Made by a program: the position numbers and the translations under genes. A stretch of 57,218 nucleotides of DNA from a virus (lineage: Duplodnaviria > Caudoviricetes), in IMG/VR virus record IMGVR_UViG_3300033566_000030, positions 1 to 57,218 of that record. The stretch is one strand, 5' to 3'. Shown one piece after another: positions 43,778 through 53,219 of the stretch (positions within the stretch are counted from its first letter, which is position 1; the number at the start of each line of letters is the position of its first letter). Below the pieces are notes generated by a model. The model saw only the letters and a program-made list of their open reading frames with translations, was not told the origin of the DNA and made no database searches.

Positions 43778-44259
43778 AAAGAATATGTACAACATGTAAA
43801 TGTGAGAAAGAACTGACCTCTTTTGGAAAGAGATCAGGTAAAGTTAAATATAAATATGGTAGAAATAGTGTTTGTAAAGCTTGTAAAAGTGAGTACGAAA
43901 AGAATAGAGTAATGTCGAATCCTGATAAAAAGAAGAAGCTTTATGAAGCTAATAAAAAATGGAGAGACTCGAATAAGGGAAGATATAGGGATGTAATTTT
44001 TCCAAGCAAATGGAAAAATCTGGGAATATCTTTTACGAAAGAAGATTATGAAACCCTTCTAGTAAAACAACAAGGTGTTTGTGCTATATGTAAAAACGAA
44101 GAAAGAAGAAAAGATGTAAAGATTAGATTATCTGTAGATCATTGTCATATTACAAATAAAGTAAGAGGTTTGCTTTGTGGCAATTGTAATAGAGCAATAG
44201 GTCTTCTTAAAGATGATCCTTCTCTTTTAATTCAAGCTTCAAAATACTTAACGAACTGA
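43762..44259 (+). CDS. Endonuclease VII-family (HNH) homing endonuclease
   Basis: QQGVCAIC...LSVDHCH...VRGLLCGNCNRAIG. Confidence 0.9.
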   Translation: METEIKRICTTCKCEKELTSFGKRSGKVKYKYGRNSVCKACKSEYEKNRVMSNPDKKKKLYEANKKWRDSNKGRYRDVIFPSKWKNLGISFTKEDYETLLVKQQGVCAICKNEERRKDVKIRLSVDHCHITNKVRGLLCGNCNRAIGLLKDDPSLLIQASKYLTN

Positions 44260-47200
44260 TGGCAAAGAATCAACAAGGTACCTCAAGCTCTGAGAACCAG
44301 AGTTTCAATCGAGAGATGAACGATGACTTATCAAGTCTTCCGCCAGACTCGTGGGTGCGTGCGCGTAACGCTATAAATAACTCTGTCACAGGAGATCTTG
44401 GAAAACTCGGTAACGAACCTTCTAATAAGCTTTGTATCCAGGCACCTTATCCTATTATAGGATTTATTCATATCAATGCTGATCGTTGGGCAGTCTTCTC
44501 AACAAATGATACTGATTCAGAAATCGGTCTTTTCGAAGAACATCTTTGCAAATACGACAAGATCGTAAACGATTCTTGTCTAGGTTTTAACAGAGCAAAT
44601 CTGATCAGTGGTCGTTCAAGAGCAACGAGTGACTGTTCATACCAGATATATTGGGATGACAGATTGAACCCATCAAGAACTATGGATATTCAGTCTCCTC
44701 CTTTCATTCAGATTTGTCTGGATGAAAATAACGTGGATGTAAACACTGCAGGACCATCTTATGTTGCTGTAGGTTGTATCACATGTACAGATACCACATT
44801 TCTTAACTGCGATATGCTTCGTCTTGCAAGATTTGTGAACTCGCCTTGTTTACGTGTTGCAAGAGGTGTATCTGGTGGTACTCTTCCAAATGGAACATAT
44901 ATGGCTCTTGTAGCTTATACAATCCAAGGTCAGAAGATGACCGATTATTTCATGCCTTCGAATCAACAACCATTGTTCGATCATGATAATGTTGCCGGAT
45001 CTCTTGATATTTTTGTTGATTCTCTTGATGATCGTTATGATGAGTTTGAACTTGTTATAGTATCTGTTATCAACCAGCAAACTGTTGCAAGGAGAATAGG
45101 TTTATACAGTACTCAGCAAAGACTAATTACTCTTGATAATATTGAAGCTACCTGGACAACAGTTCCAATTGAAAATATATTTGTAAGAACACCTGTTTAC
45201 GATCGTTCTGATGCGATGTATTCTGTTTCTGATTTCCTTCTACGTGTAGGCCCGGCGACTAAAACAGAGCCGAACTACCAACCTATGGCTAATCAGATTG
45301 TAACAAAGTGGGTTTCTGTAGAATATCCTGAGAACTATTACGAGAAAGGTGGATCAAACACCAGTGCTATGCGTGATGAGGTGTATCCTTATTTCATTCG
45401 TTGGATCTTCGATACAGGAGATAAAACTCCTTCTTATCACATACCGGGTCGTCCTGCTATTAATTACCAAGGTTTAGGATTTGAAGACGATCCTTACGTT
45501 GGTGCAGATTCTTTAGCCGGTGATACAAAGCTTTTTGAAACTTATAATACGGCTTCTCAAACATCGGGTGTTGTAACCACACTACCTGATGGTGGGGTTC
45601 AGATTGCTGAAGGGTATATGGGATACTGGGAATCTTCAGAGAAGTATCCAGATAGAAACGCTGAAGTATGGGATGCTGTAAACGCTGCTCATCCTTGGAC
45701 AGCACCTAATGCTGTACCTTATCCAGGTAGTAACGTTAATACCGATTATAACCTTTGTGCAAAATTTATTCGTCATCACAAGTTTCCGGATAATGCAATA
45801 AATCTCTCTACTGGTTTTTCAAATACTATTACTAATCATTACACGGGGTCATCTCCGAATTTTTTAGGAAAACCAGCTATCCGTATATTGGGTGTTAAGT
45901 TTGAGAACATCCGTCCTCCAGTTGATAATCAAGGTAACCCGATTACCAATATTGTAGCATACGAAATCTTACGTGGATCTCGTCAAGGTCATCGTAGCGT
46001 TATTGCTAAAGGGATGATCAACAACATGGGTCTTTATACCATTGATAATGGTATCACTCCTCGTCAAGGAGCATATCCTAATTATCCATATAATGATCTC
46101 CGTCCTGATCCATTTTTAGTTCAAGGTGAGACTTATTTTAAGATGTGTATTTTCGGTGCGTTTGGTGGCGAGTACAGAAGAGATACTAATAATCCAGTAA
46201 CGTCATCTGATTATTTTCAGAACTTTTCAAAAAAGCTTTATAGTTTTCACTCTCCGGATATGAACTTCAATAAGCCTTTCCTCTCGGGTAAGGAAATGAA
46301 AGTCTATGGAGAAATGAGAGGAACAGCTATTGGCAAGTTCGAATATTCTGAACATCATCCTAAGTTTAAAATGGTCAGTAATATGGCTTTTATTATTTCT
46401 GCCATTTCTGGTATTGGTTTAGCAGCATTAGCGATGAACGGTAAAAGAACATTAAAGTCTGAAATGCCAAGAAAATATGGACAGACTGATCCTGGTGGTG
46501 GTGTTCAAGTAACGCCAGGAGCTGGCTTATGGGGATTAGCTAATCCTCCTTCTTTAGCATTTGATGCTGCAGCAACAGGAGCGGCAATGACAATGCAAGG
46601 AGTCTATCAAGCATATCTTGCTGGTTCATCTGGAGGAGCGGCATTGGCTCAAAACGCATTAGGTCTCGAGGGAGATGCTGTAGCTTATCCTATATTAGCA
46701 ACAGCCATAACAACAGCTGCTTTAATTCCAGGAATGGCAACCTATAATGTATCTGGAACCGAAGAAAGTACAGCTTTTACAGAGACACCAACACCTTTTA
46801 GATTACTTACTTTTCTACCAAGCTTTTCATATTTTTGGGCACAAGGAACAGATTCTATAATAGAAATAATTAGAGCAATCTTAAGATTTCGTGACTTCGC
46901 TTTAAAATATAATTCTCGTTGTTTTTATGACGATTTTGTTTCCCCACCCGGATTTGGTCAAAGACGTCGTCTGATATCAGAACAGGAGTACTTAAGTCCT
47001 CAGATAACGGATTTCGGTAGTACAACTGCAGGATATCGTATTAATAACTTACATAGATCCAAGACAGTAGCTTTAGAAATCGATACAGATCTTACTTTTC
47101 CTTCAGGTATTGATGATACAAGACAAAGAGCTTCAGATCGACCAGAACTTACTGATATTGGAATTCTAGGTAACTCTATTTTAAAAGATCCTACTAAATC

Positions 47201-49397
47201 ATTTTTTACTACGTCAGCTGCTTCTTATTATGTGGGGTATAAACAAAGAATTCGTAATCAGTATGGTCAGCTTGATAGCATTATACAGGTACCAATAAGT
47301 ACGTGCCCATCAAGATTAAGAACAATAGCTCCACCAACAGTGATGTTTAACGGTGATGTTTATATTGCACGTTACACTGAGAAGAATACTTTCTTCTATT
47401 TCTATGAGTGGTTGTATGATCAACTTGACGGTTATGAGTTTAATTACCTAGCAGCTCGTATGGTACCTTATCCTCGTTATTGGCTAGATTCTCAGAAATA
47501 TGAATCTAGTGATTTTGTACAAGGGCTTATGAGTAATTTGGCAAATATAGCAAACCCATCAGGATGGAGTGCTGTAATGCCTTCGAACTTTTTCAATCTT
47601 GATGGTTATGATTGTAATGGAGCAAGTATTTTACAAAACGCAAACTTTGCTATTAAGAACGCTTTTTTCTACTTATTCAACTCAGGGGTTCGTGATTTCT
47701 TTGTAGAAAGCGAAGTGAACATCGGCTTACGTGACTGGGGTGAGCTTGATACTCAGAAGCATTATCCTATCCTTGATGAAAAAGGATTATTTGATACGGC
47801 TATCATTAAATCTGGTAATTATTTCAAACAGGATCCGAGTCTCAATATTTCAAAGAACTTAGTTCAACTTACAAGCTGGGGTAAAGTGCAAGATCGTGAT
47901 TTCAATCCTTCACTGGCTGAAACATGCTTTGACTATTTCCCTAACCAAGTTATATATTCTTTGCCAGCAAATCTTGAGAATAAACGTGATCAGTGGAAGT
48001 TCTTCCTTGCCAACAATTATAAGATCTTCCTTTCAAAGATTACATGTATTAAACCGGTAAGTAAAAACGGTGCACTCTTCATGTTTGAGAATGAGAGTCC
48101 TATCCAGTTCATTGGAGTTGATCAGCTGCAGACAGATGCAGGAACTAAGATTACAATAGGAGATGGTGGATTATTCAATCAACCTCTCCAGAACTTAGTG
48201 AATGCTGATAAGGCTTATGAATATGGATCTTGTCAAGATAGCTTATCCGTTATTAATACTCCTTCCGGTCTTTACTATATCAGCCAGAATCAAGGAAAGA
48301 TATTCAACATCTCAGGAAATCTTAAAGAGATCAGTAACAACGATCTTAAGTGGTGGTTTGCAACATATCTACCATACAAAATTGTTGAGCAGTTCCCGGA
48401 TTTCCAACTTAAGGATAATCCGGTTATCGGTGTGGGATGTCAATCTATATATGATAACGAGAACGGTATTGTATATTTCATGAAGAAGGATTATGTTCTG
48501 AGAAGAGATCTTCCTTCAAGTATGGAGATTGTTTATATTGGAAGTAATCATTTTATGGTTGATGGTCTGCTGCAGATAGATCTTGGAGATCCGTCTTATT
48601 TTGAAGACGCTTCTTGGACTATCAGTTATGATCCAAAAACAGGATCATGGATTAGCTGGCATGACTGGCATCCGAACTTAGTATTACCGGGTAAGAATAC
48701 TTTCATGACTGTTCTTAATGATACAGGAAATCCTCTTGATGCTAATGGTATATGGAATCATAATATCCGTTGTGATAGTTACTGTAACTTCTACAATACG
48801 AATTATCCATTTGAGGTTGAATACATGACTCACACAGGAGCTACAGTAAACACATTAAGAAACATCGAGTATTATGTTGAGGTTTACAAGTATGACCCGC
48901 GTAACTGTTACGATAGATTTCATGTCCTTGATTTTGGTTTCAACGAAGCTGTTATCCACAATACTGAACAGTGTTCTGGATTACTTAGATTAAACCTGGT
49001 ACCTAAGAATAATGCTCTTCAGAGATTGGCTTTCCCGATTATCAATATTGATAGTGTGGACATTCTTTATTCGAAAGAAGAACAGAAGTATCGTTTTAAC
49101 CAGTTCTGGGATCTTACTGATAGTAGAGGAGAATTCCCAATAGGATCGGCTTATCCTCCACCAACCCCTAATGTAGGTACCTTTGCAGAACGTATGATCT
49201 GGAATACCGAACCGAATGGATACGTGAGACTCTTAAATGCCAACAATCTTAACTATAGTAAGAATCCATTGGAGAGAAAAAAGTTCAGACACTACGTAAA
49301 CTATGTCCTACTTCGTCGTACATTTACACCAGATACTGAAGGAAACAAGATGTTAGTGATGCTTTCACAGAACAAAAACCTATACTCAGCAAGATAA
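44259..49397 (+). CDS. Tail stabilisation / muzzle protein
   Basis: 1712 aa; MRDEVY, IRHHKFP, YARYTEK-like, FFVES, WISWHDW motifs; order after rings. Confidence 0.75.
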   Translation: MAKNQQGTSSSENQSFNREMNDDLSSLPPDSWVRARNAINNSVTGDLGKLGNEPSNKLCIQAPYPIIGFIHINADRWAVFSTNDTDSEIGLFEEHLCKYDKIVNDSCLGFNRANLISGRSRATSDCSYQIYWDDRLNPSRTMDIQSPPFIQICLDENNVDVNTAGPSYVAVGCITCTDTTFLNCDMLRLARFVNSPCLRVARGVSGGTLPNGTYMALVAYTIQGQKMTDYFMPSNQQPLFDHDNVAGSLDIFVDSLDDRYDEFELVIVSVINQQTVARRIGLYSTQQRLITLDNIEATWTTVPIENIFVRTPVYDRSDAMYSVSDFLLRVGPATKTEPNYQPMANQIVTKWVSVEYPENYYEKGGSNTSAMRDEVYPYFIRWIFDTGDKTPSYHIPGRPAINYQGLGFEDDPYVGADSLAGDTKLFETYNTASQTSGVVTTLPDGGVQIAEGYMGYWESSEKYPDRNAEVWDAVNAAHPWTAPNAVPYPGSNVNTDYNLCAKFIRHHKFPDNAINLSTGFSNTITNHYTGSSPNFLGKPAIRILGVKFENIRPPVDNQGNPITNIVAYEILRGSRQGHRSVIAKGMINNMGLYTIDNGITPRQGAYPNYPYNDLRPDPFLVQGETYFKMCIFGAFGGEYRRDTNNPVTSSDYFQNFSKKLYSFHSPDMNFNKPFLSGKEMKVYGEMRGTAIGKFEYSEHHPKFKMVSNMAFIISAISGIGLAALAMNGKRTLKSEMPRKYGQTDPGGGVQVTPGAGLWGLANPPSLAFDAAATGAAMTMQGVYQAYLAGSSGGAALAQNALGLEGDAVAYPILATAITTAALIPGMATYNVSGTEESTAFTETPTPFRLLTFLPSFSYFWAQGTDSIIEIIRAILRFRDFALKYNSRCFYDDFVSPPGFGQRRRLISEQEYLSPQITDFGSTTAGYRINNLHRSKTVALEIDTDLTFPSGIDDTRQRASDRPELTDIGILGNSILKDPTKSFFTTSAASYYVGYKQRIRNQYGQLDSIIQVPISTCPSRLRTIAPPTVMFNGDVYIARYTEKNTFFYFYEWLYDQLDGYEFNYLAARMVPYPRYWLDSQKYESSDFVQGLMSNLANIANPSGWSAVMPSNFFNLDGYDCNGASILQNANFAIKNAFFYLFNSGVRDFFVESEVNIGLRDWGELDTQKHYPILDEKGLFDTAIIKSGNYFKQDPSLNISKNLVQLTSWGKVQDRDFNPSLAETCFDYFPNQVIYSLPANLENKRDQWKFFLANNYKIFLSKITCIKPVSKNGALFMFENESPIQFIGVDQLQTDAGTKITIGDGGLFNQPLQNLVNADKAYEYGSCQDSLSVINTPSGLYYISQNQGKIFNISGNLKEISNNDLKWWFATYLPYKIVEQFPDFQLKDNPVIGVGCQSIYDNENGIVYFMKKDYVLRRDLPSSMEIVYIGSNHFMVDGLLQIDLGDPSYFEDASWTISYDPKTGSWISWHDWHPNLVLPGKNTFMTVLNDTGNPLDANGIWNHNIRCDSYCNFYNTNYPFEVEYMTHTGATVNTLRNIEYYVEVYKYDPRNCYDRFHVLDFGFNEAVIHNTEQCSGLLRLNLVPKNNALQRLAFPIINIDSVDILYSKEEQKYRFNQFWDLTDSRGEFPIGSAYPPPTPNVGTFAERMIWNTEPNGYVRLLNANNLNYSKNPLERKKFRHYVNYVLLRRTFTPDTEGNKMLVMLSQNKNLYSAR

Positions 49398-50518
49398 TGG
49401 CAAAGAAAAAATATACTAATAAGAACCTTCAGAGTTCTGTTAATGAAACTCTCTTTAGCAGAAATGAAACCTTGTTTGGTCCAAAGGGTAAAAGGTTCTA
49501 TAAAGCGAGAGAAGTAAACATGGGTAGCAAAAAACTATACAAAGGCGGAGTATGTCCAACAGAGACAGCGGATAGTACTGATATCATGAAAGAGAAAACC
49601 GCTCTTTTCATGAATTTCTTACAGAGTAACGCTATGGATGTTATTAAGGATAAGGTTTCTGGTATTATGAAAAAAGGTGGTGGCAGCAAAGTTGTTTACA
49701 AATATTTTAATGGCGGAAACGGACCAGATGATCCACCTAAAGGTACTCGTGAAGAACAGATTCTTGCTATGTCAAACCCCTTCGCTGGTAACATGTTTCC
49801 TCAGCCTGACTTAACAAATGGAGATCCAGTCAATCCTGCAAACTTTGAAGTTGATCCACGTGGGTATTATTCACCTTTTGCTACTTTTGGCCCGGCACAA
49901 TACGGCCCATTTCCACAACCTGAACGAGATTGGGGAAATTTCCCCACACAAAAAGATACTTCGGGACCTCCTTATAACGATGATCCTTATTTTATGCACG
50001 ATGATTCCAGCGATCCGATTTTAGGCGCAGGAGCACAAGGAGCAGGTTCTAAAGCTCAGGGTGCAGGAAGTGCACCGAATGGTCAAATGACTCCTGGTGA
50101 CGAAACACAACAAACTAAAGCAATCGCAGCAAGTGGAAGAAACCGAGATCCCTTAGCTGCATATCAGATAATGGCTGGTCTTCAAGGAGCAGCTTATCTC
50201 TTTAATGGTGATGAGAGAGCTCGTGCAGAAAAGCAACAGCAAAAGTTCTCTGATGTCAATTACTGGAGTACTACAGTAGGGCCTGGTGATAAAGGAGATT
50301 ATCTTGTAGATACTTATGCCGGCCAACACTTCAGACCAAATGCTACAGGAGCTAAAGTAAGTCCATGGGGAAATAATTTCTCGTATGGTCAGATAGGTAG
50401 TCCTTATTATGGAATGGCCAAAGGTGGAGAAAACCCAAGAGGGGAAATCAGAGAAATGGATGAAGCTGAGATCCAACAGTTCTTAGCCCAAGGTGGAACC
50501 TTAGAATATTTAGACTAA
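49397..50518 (+). CDS. Putative cargo (ejection) protein
   Basis: Low complexity; repeated xKGG motifs. Confidence 0.55.
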   Translation: MAKKKYTNKNLQSSVNETLFSRNETLFGPKGKRFYKAREVNMGSKKLYKGGVCPTETADSTDIMKEKTALFMNFLQSNAMDVIKDKVSGIMKKGGGSKVVYKYFNGGNGPDDPPKGTREEQILAMSNPFAGNMFPQPDLTNGDPVNPANFEVDPRGYYSPFATFGPAQYGPFPQPERDWGNFPTQKDTSGPPYNDDPYFMHDDSSDPILGAGAQGAGSKAQGAGSAPNGQMTPGDETQQTKAIAASGRNRDPLAAYQIMAGLQGAAYLFNGDERARAEKQQQKFSDVNYWSTTVGPGDKGDYLVDTYAGQHFRPNATGAKVSPWGNNFSYGQIGSPYYGMAKGGENPRGEIREMDEAEIQQFLAQGGTLEYLD

Positions 50519-50519
50519 C

Positions 50520-52517
50520 ATGAAAAGAAAAGTAAGAATATTGGCAATGCCAAAAGCTGAACGCGGTACTCAAGGAACAGGAACCGGTATGAATGGACAT
50601 GCTTTCCCGATGTTCTCAGGACCGACGGATCTCCTTACCTCGGATAACCGTGTAAACAAAACTGTCAAAGATGACCCCAATCCAAATGTAGAGGCTGAGA
50701 AAGGCGAAACACTTTGGGATGATCGTGATAAGGATGGTATCGCCGAACACTATAAGATAAAAGGATCTAAACATTCTCAAGGAGGTACCGGTATTGATAT
50801 GGGTAAATCTGGATTCATCTTCAGTGATACCAAATCTATGAAAATTACAGATGAGGATATCTTGAAGATGTTTGGTAAAACAAGTAAGAAAGGATTGACT
50901 CCTGCAAAAATTGCTGAGCAATATGACATCAATGAATATCTAAAGATCTTGAAAGATCCAAACAGCGATAAGATTCAGCGTGAAACTGCTGAAAAGATGA
51001 TCAATAACTACAATCTTAAGTTAGGTCAATTAGCACTTGTTCAAGAATCAAAGAAAGGTTTTGACCAAGGTGTTCCTGATATAGCTATGCCTTATCTTGA
51101 ATCTATGGGTATGAACCCGCAGATGTTTGATATGTTTCCTCAAGTTGAAGCTGCGCCAGTTATGAAAACTGGTGGAACTTTACCAAAATACGCTCCAGGT
51201 GGAGGAGATCCTACACGAGTAGATAAAAAAGGTCAGATAATACCAGAAAAAGCTTTAACCAAGCAAGGTAGCATTGCACCAACTGGGAAAAATTCGAACT
51301 CTCCTTTTGATGAAGCAGAATATAGAAACAGGTTGATTAACATGGGAGTTGATGTGGATAATCTTTATCCACTAGAAATGCAACAACAACTTTATGATAA
51401 AGCTGATCCTTTTGTTAAAGCTTACATGTGGGGAAATTATGGTATAACGAATAAAGGAAAAGCAAAAGTCAAAGATCCTAAAATGGCACAATACGCAGCC
51501 AAGGAAAATGAATCTTTTGCTGATTATAAAACAAGAATGTCAGAACAGTATTCTCCAGAGATGCTTAATGAAGAGATGAGTTATTATAAAGACTCATTTG
51601 CGGATAGAAGAACTGGAGCACGTGCTCTATTTTTGGCACATCAACCTGATGAAACTGTACCTGTCGAAGAAGAAAAACAACAAGAATTTCCTGTAGGAGA
51701 CGGTACTCCACCGGATATTAAAACGTATAAACCTAAAGTCGAACATTTAGGAGATTCTTTTATTCCCGGAAAACCTAATGATGAATACTGGTTACAAGAT
51801 CGTATCCGTCAGTTTGGTAATACTCGTGATTATCTTACTACAAAGAAATATCTTCCATGGCAAGCTACTCCAGATGTTGCAATGGTTCAAGGAACTTTCT
51901 ATGATCCTAATCGTGAAATCGCAGCAAATGCTGAGATGGCTCAGATGATGGAACAAAACTTGGTTACCTTTCAAGGACCTCAAGTTGCTTCAGCTCGTGC
52001 AGGTGAGATTCAAGGTAATGCTGCAAAAACCATAGCAGATACAATGGGTCGTTATAACAACCTGAATGTAGGTGTAGCAAATCAGCTTGATCAAATGAAT
52101 GCAAGTATTTATAATACTGCTTCAGCTCAACGTGCCGGATTAGCTACTCAGATGTTTGATAAGAATACTATCGCTAATCAACAGTTTGATAACACGAGAA
52201 ATCAGATTTTGCACAACATGGATGATACCCAAATCAATGCGGAAACTAATCGTGCATACACAAGTAACATGAATGCTTTGTATCCTCAATACAATATTCA
52301 TCCAGAGCTTGGTGGTAATATGTCTTATACTGGTGTTCCGGGACAAGTTACTCCTCATTATACTGATCCTGCTGCTCTTCTTAAAAAGTACACAGAACTT
52401 AAGAAAGCCGGTATCACAGATGAGGCTATTATTCGATTCCTAATGGGACAGAAGACTGCTCCAGTTAACGATGATCCAAGAGCAGCTTATATGGCTTCAA
52501 TGGGATATCCCGGATAA
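50520..52517 (+). CDS. Cargo protein (crAss-like)
   Basis: EAEKGET...HSQGG...FIFSD; Q/N/A-rich C-terminus. Confidence 0.65.
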   Translation: MKRKVRILAMPKAERGTQGTGTGMNGHAFPMFSGPTDLLTSDNRVNKTVKDDPNPNVEAEKGETLWDDRDKDGIAEHYKIKGSKHSQGGTGIDMGKSGFIFSDTKSMKITDEDILKMFGKTSKKGLTPAKIAEQYDINEYLKILKDPNSDKIQRETAEKMINNYNLKLGQLALVQESKKGFDQGVPDIAMPYLESMGMNPQMFDMFPQVEAAPVMKTGGTLPKYAPGGGDPTRVDKKGQIIPEKALTKQGSIAPTGKNSNSPFDEAEYRNRLINMGVDVDNLYPLEMQQQLYDKADPFVKAYMWGNYGITNKGKAKVKDPKMAQYAAKENESFADYKTRMSEQYSPEMLNEEMSYYKDSFADRRTGARALFLAHQPDETVPVEEEKQQEFPVGDGTPPDIKTYKPKVEHLGDSFIPGKPNDEYWLQDRIRQFGNTRDYLTTKKYLPWQATPDVAMVQGTFYDPNREIAANAEMAQMMEQNLVTFQGPQVASARAGEIQGNAAKTIADTMGRYNNLNVGVANQLDQMNASIYNTASAQRAGLATQMFDKNTIANQQFDNTRNQILHNMDDTQINAETNRAYTSNMNALYPQYNIHPELGGNMSYTGVPGQVTPHYTDPAALLKKYTELKKAGITDEAIIRFLMGQKTAPVNDDPRAAYMASMGYPG

Positions 52518-52579
52518 ACATTTTTGGTTTAAAAAACGTAAGTTTAAATATAGTATATTTACACAAAGATTAGAAACAC

Positions 52580-53218
52580 ATGGCAAGCTATATAAATATT
52601 TCTCAACTTTCAGGAATATATCAGATAGTAAACAAGACTACAGAGAAGCGGTATATCGGATATGCTTCTAATATATCTGTTAGATTGAGAGGTCATGTTT
52701 ATGATTTGCGAAAAGGAGGTCATCCAAATGATTATCTTCAGAAAGCATGGGATAAATATGGAGAAAACGATTTCTATTTTACAGAAATAGAGCTTTGCGA
52801 AAAAACCATATTGGCTCTCAGAGAAGATTATTGGGTGAAAGTTCTTAAAACAAGAGATCAATATTATGGATATAATATACGAGAAACCAATCCTGAAGGT
52901 AAACCGGGTTGTTCCTTAGAAACTCGAGAAAAACTAAGACTTAAAAACAAGGGTGTAAAACCTTCTGATTATTGTTTACAACGAAGGAGAGAAACAATAA
53001 ATTCAAGAGAAGGAAAAGATAGACAGATAGTAGCCATGAAAAAGTTAGACTGGTTTGAAATCAGAAAGCATAAAAGAAAAAAAGTAATCGATACAGTAAC
53101 AGGTGATGTTTATGAATCTCTCACTATTCTTTCTAATCTAATAAATATCCCTAGAGAAAGGTTGTCTGGTTATCTAACGGGTAAAAGAACAAACAAAACT
53201 AATTTTAAATACTTGTAA
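52580..53218 (+). CDS. GIY-YIG homing endonuclease with NUMOD-type C-terminus
   Basis: GIYQI..RYIG..RLRGH, LQKAWDKYG, GYNI, TGDVYESL. Confidence 0.9.
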   Translation: MASYINISQLSGIYQIVNKTTEKRYIGYASNISVRLRGHVYDLRKGGHPNDYLQKAWDKYGENDFYFTEIELCEKTILALREDYWVKVLKTRDQYYGYNIRETNPEGKPGCSLETREKLRLKNKGVKPSDYCLQRRRETINSREGKDRQIVAMKKLDWFEIRKHKRKKVIDTVTGDVYESLTILSNLINIPRERLSGYLTGKRTNKTNFKYL

Positions 53219-53219
53219 T

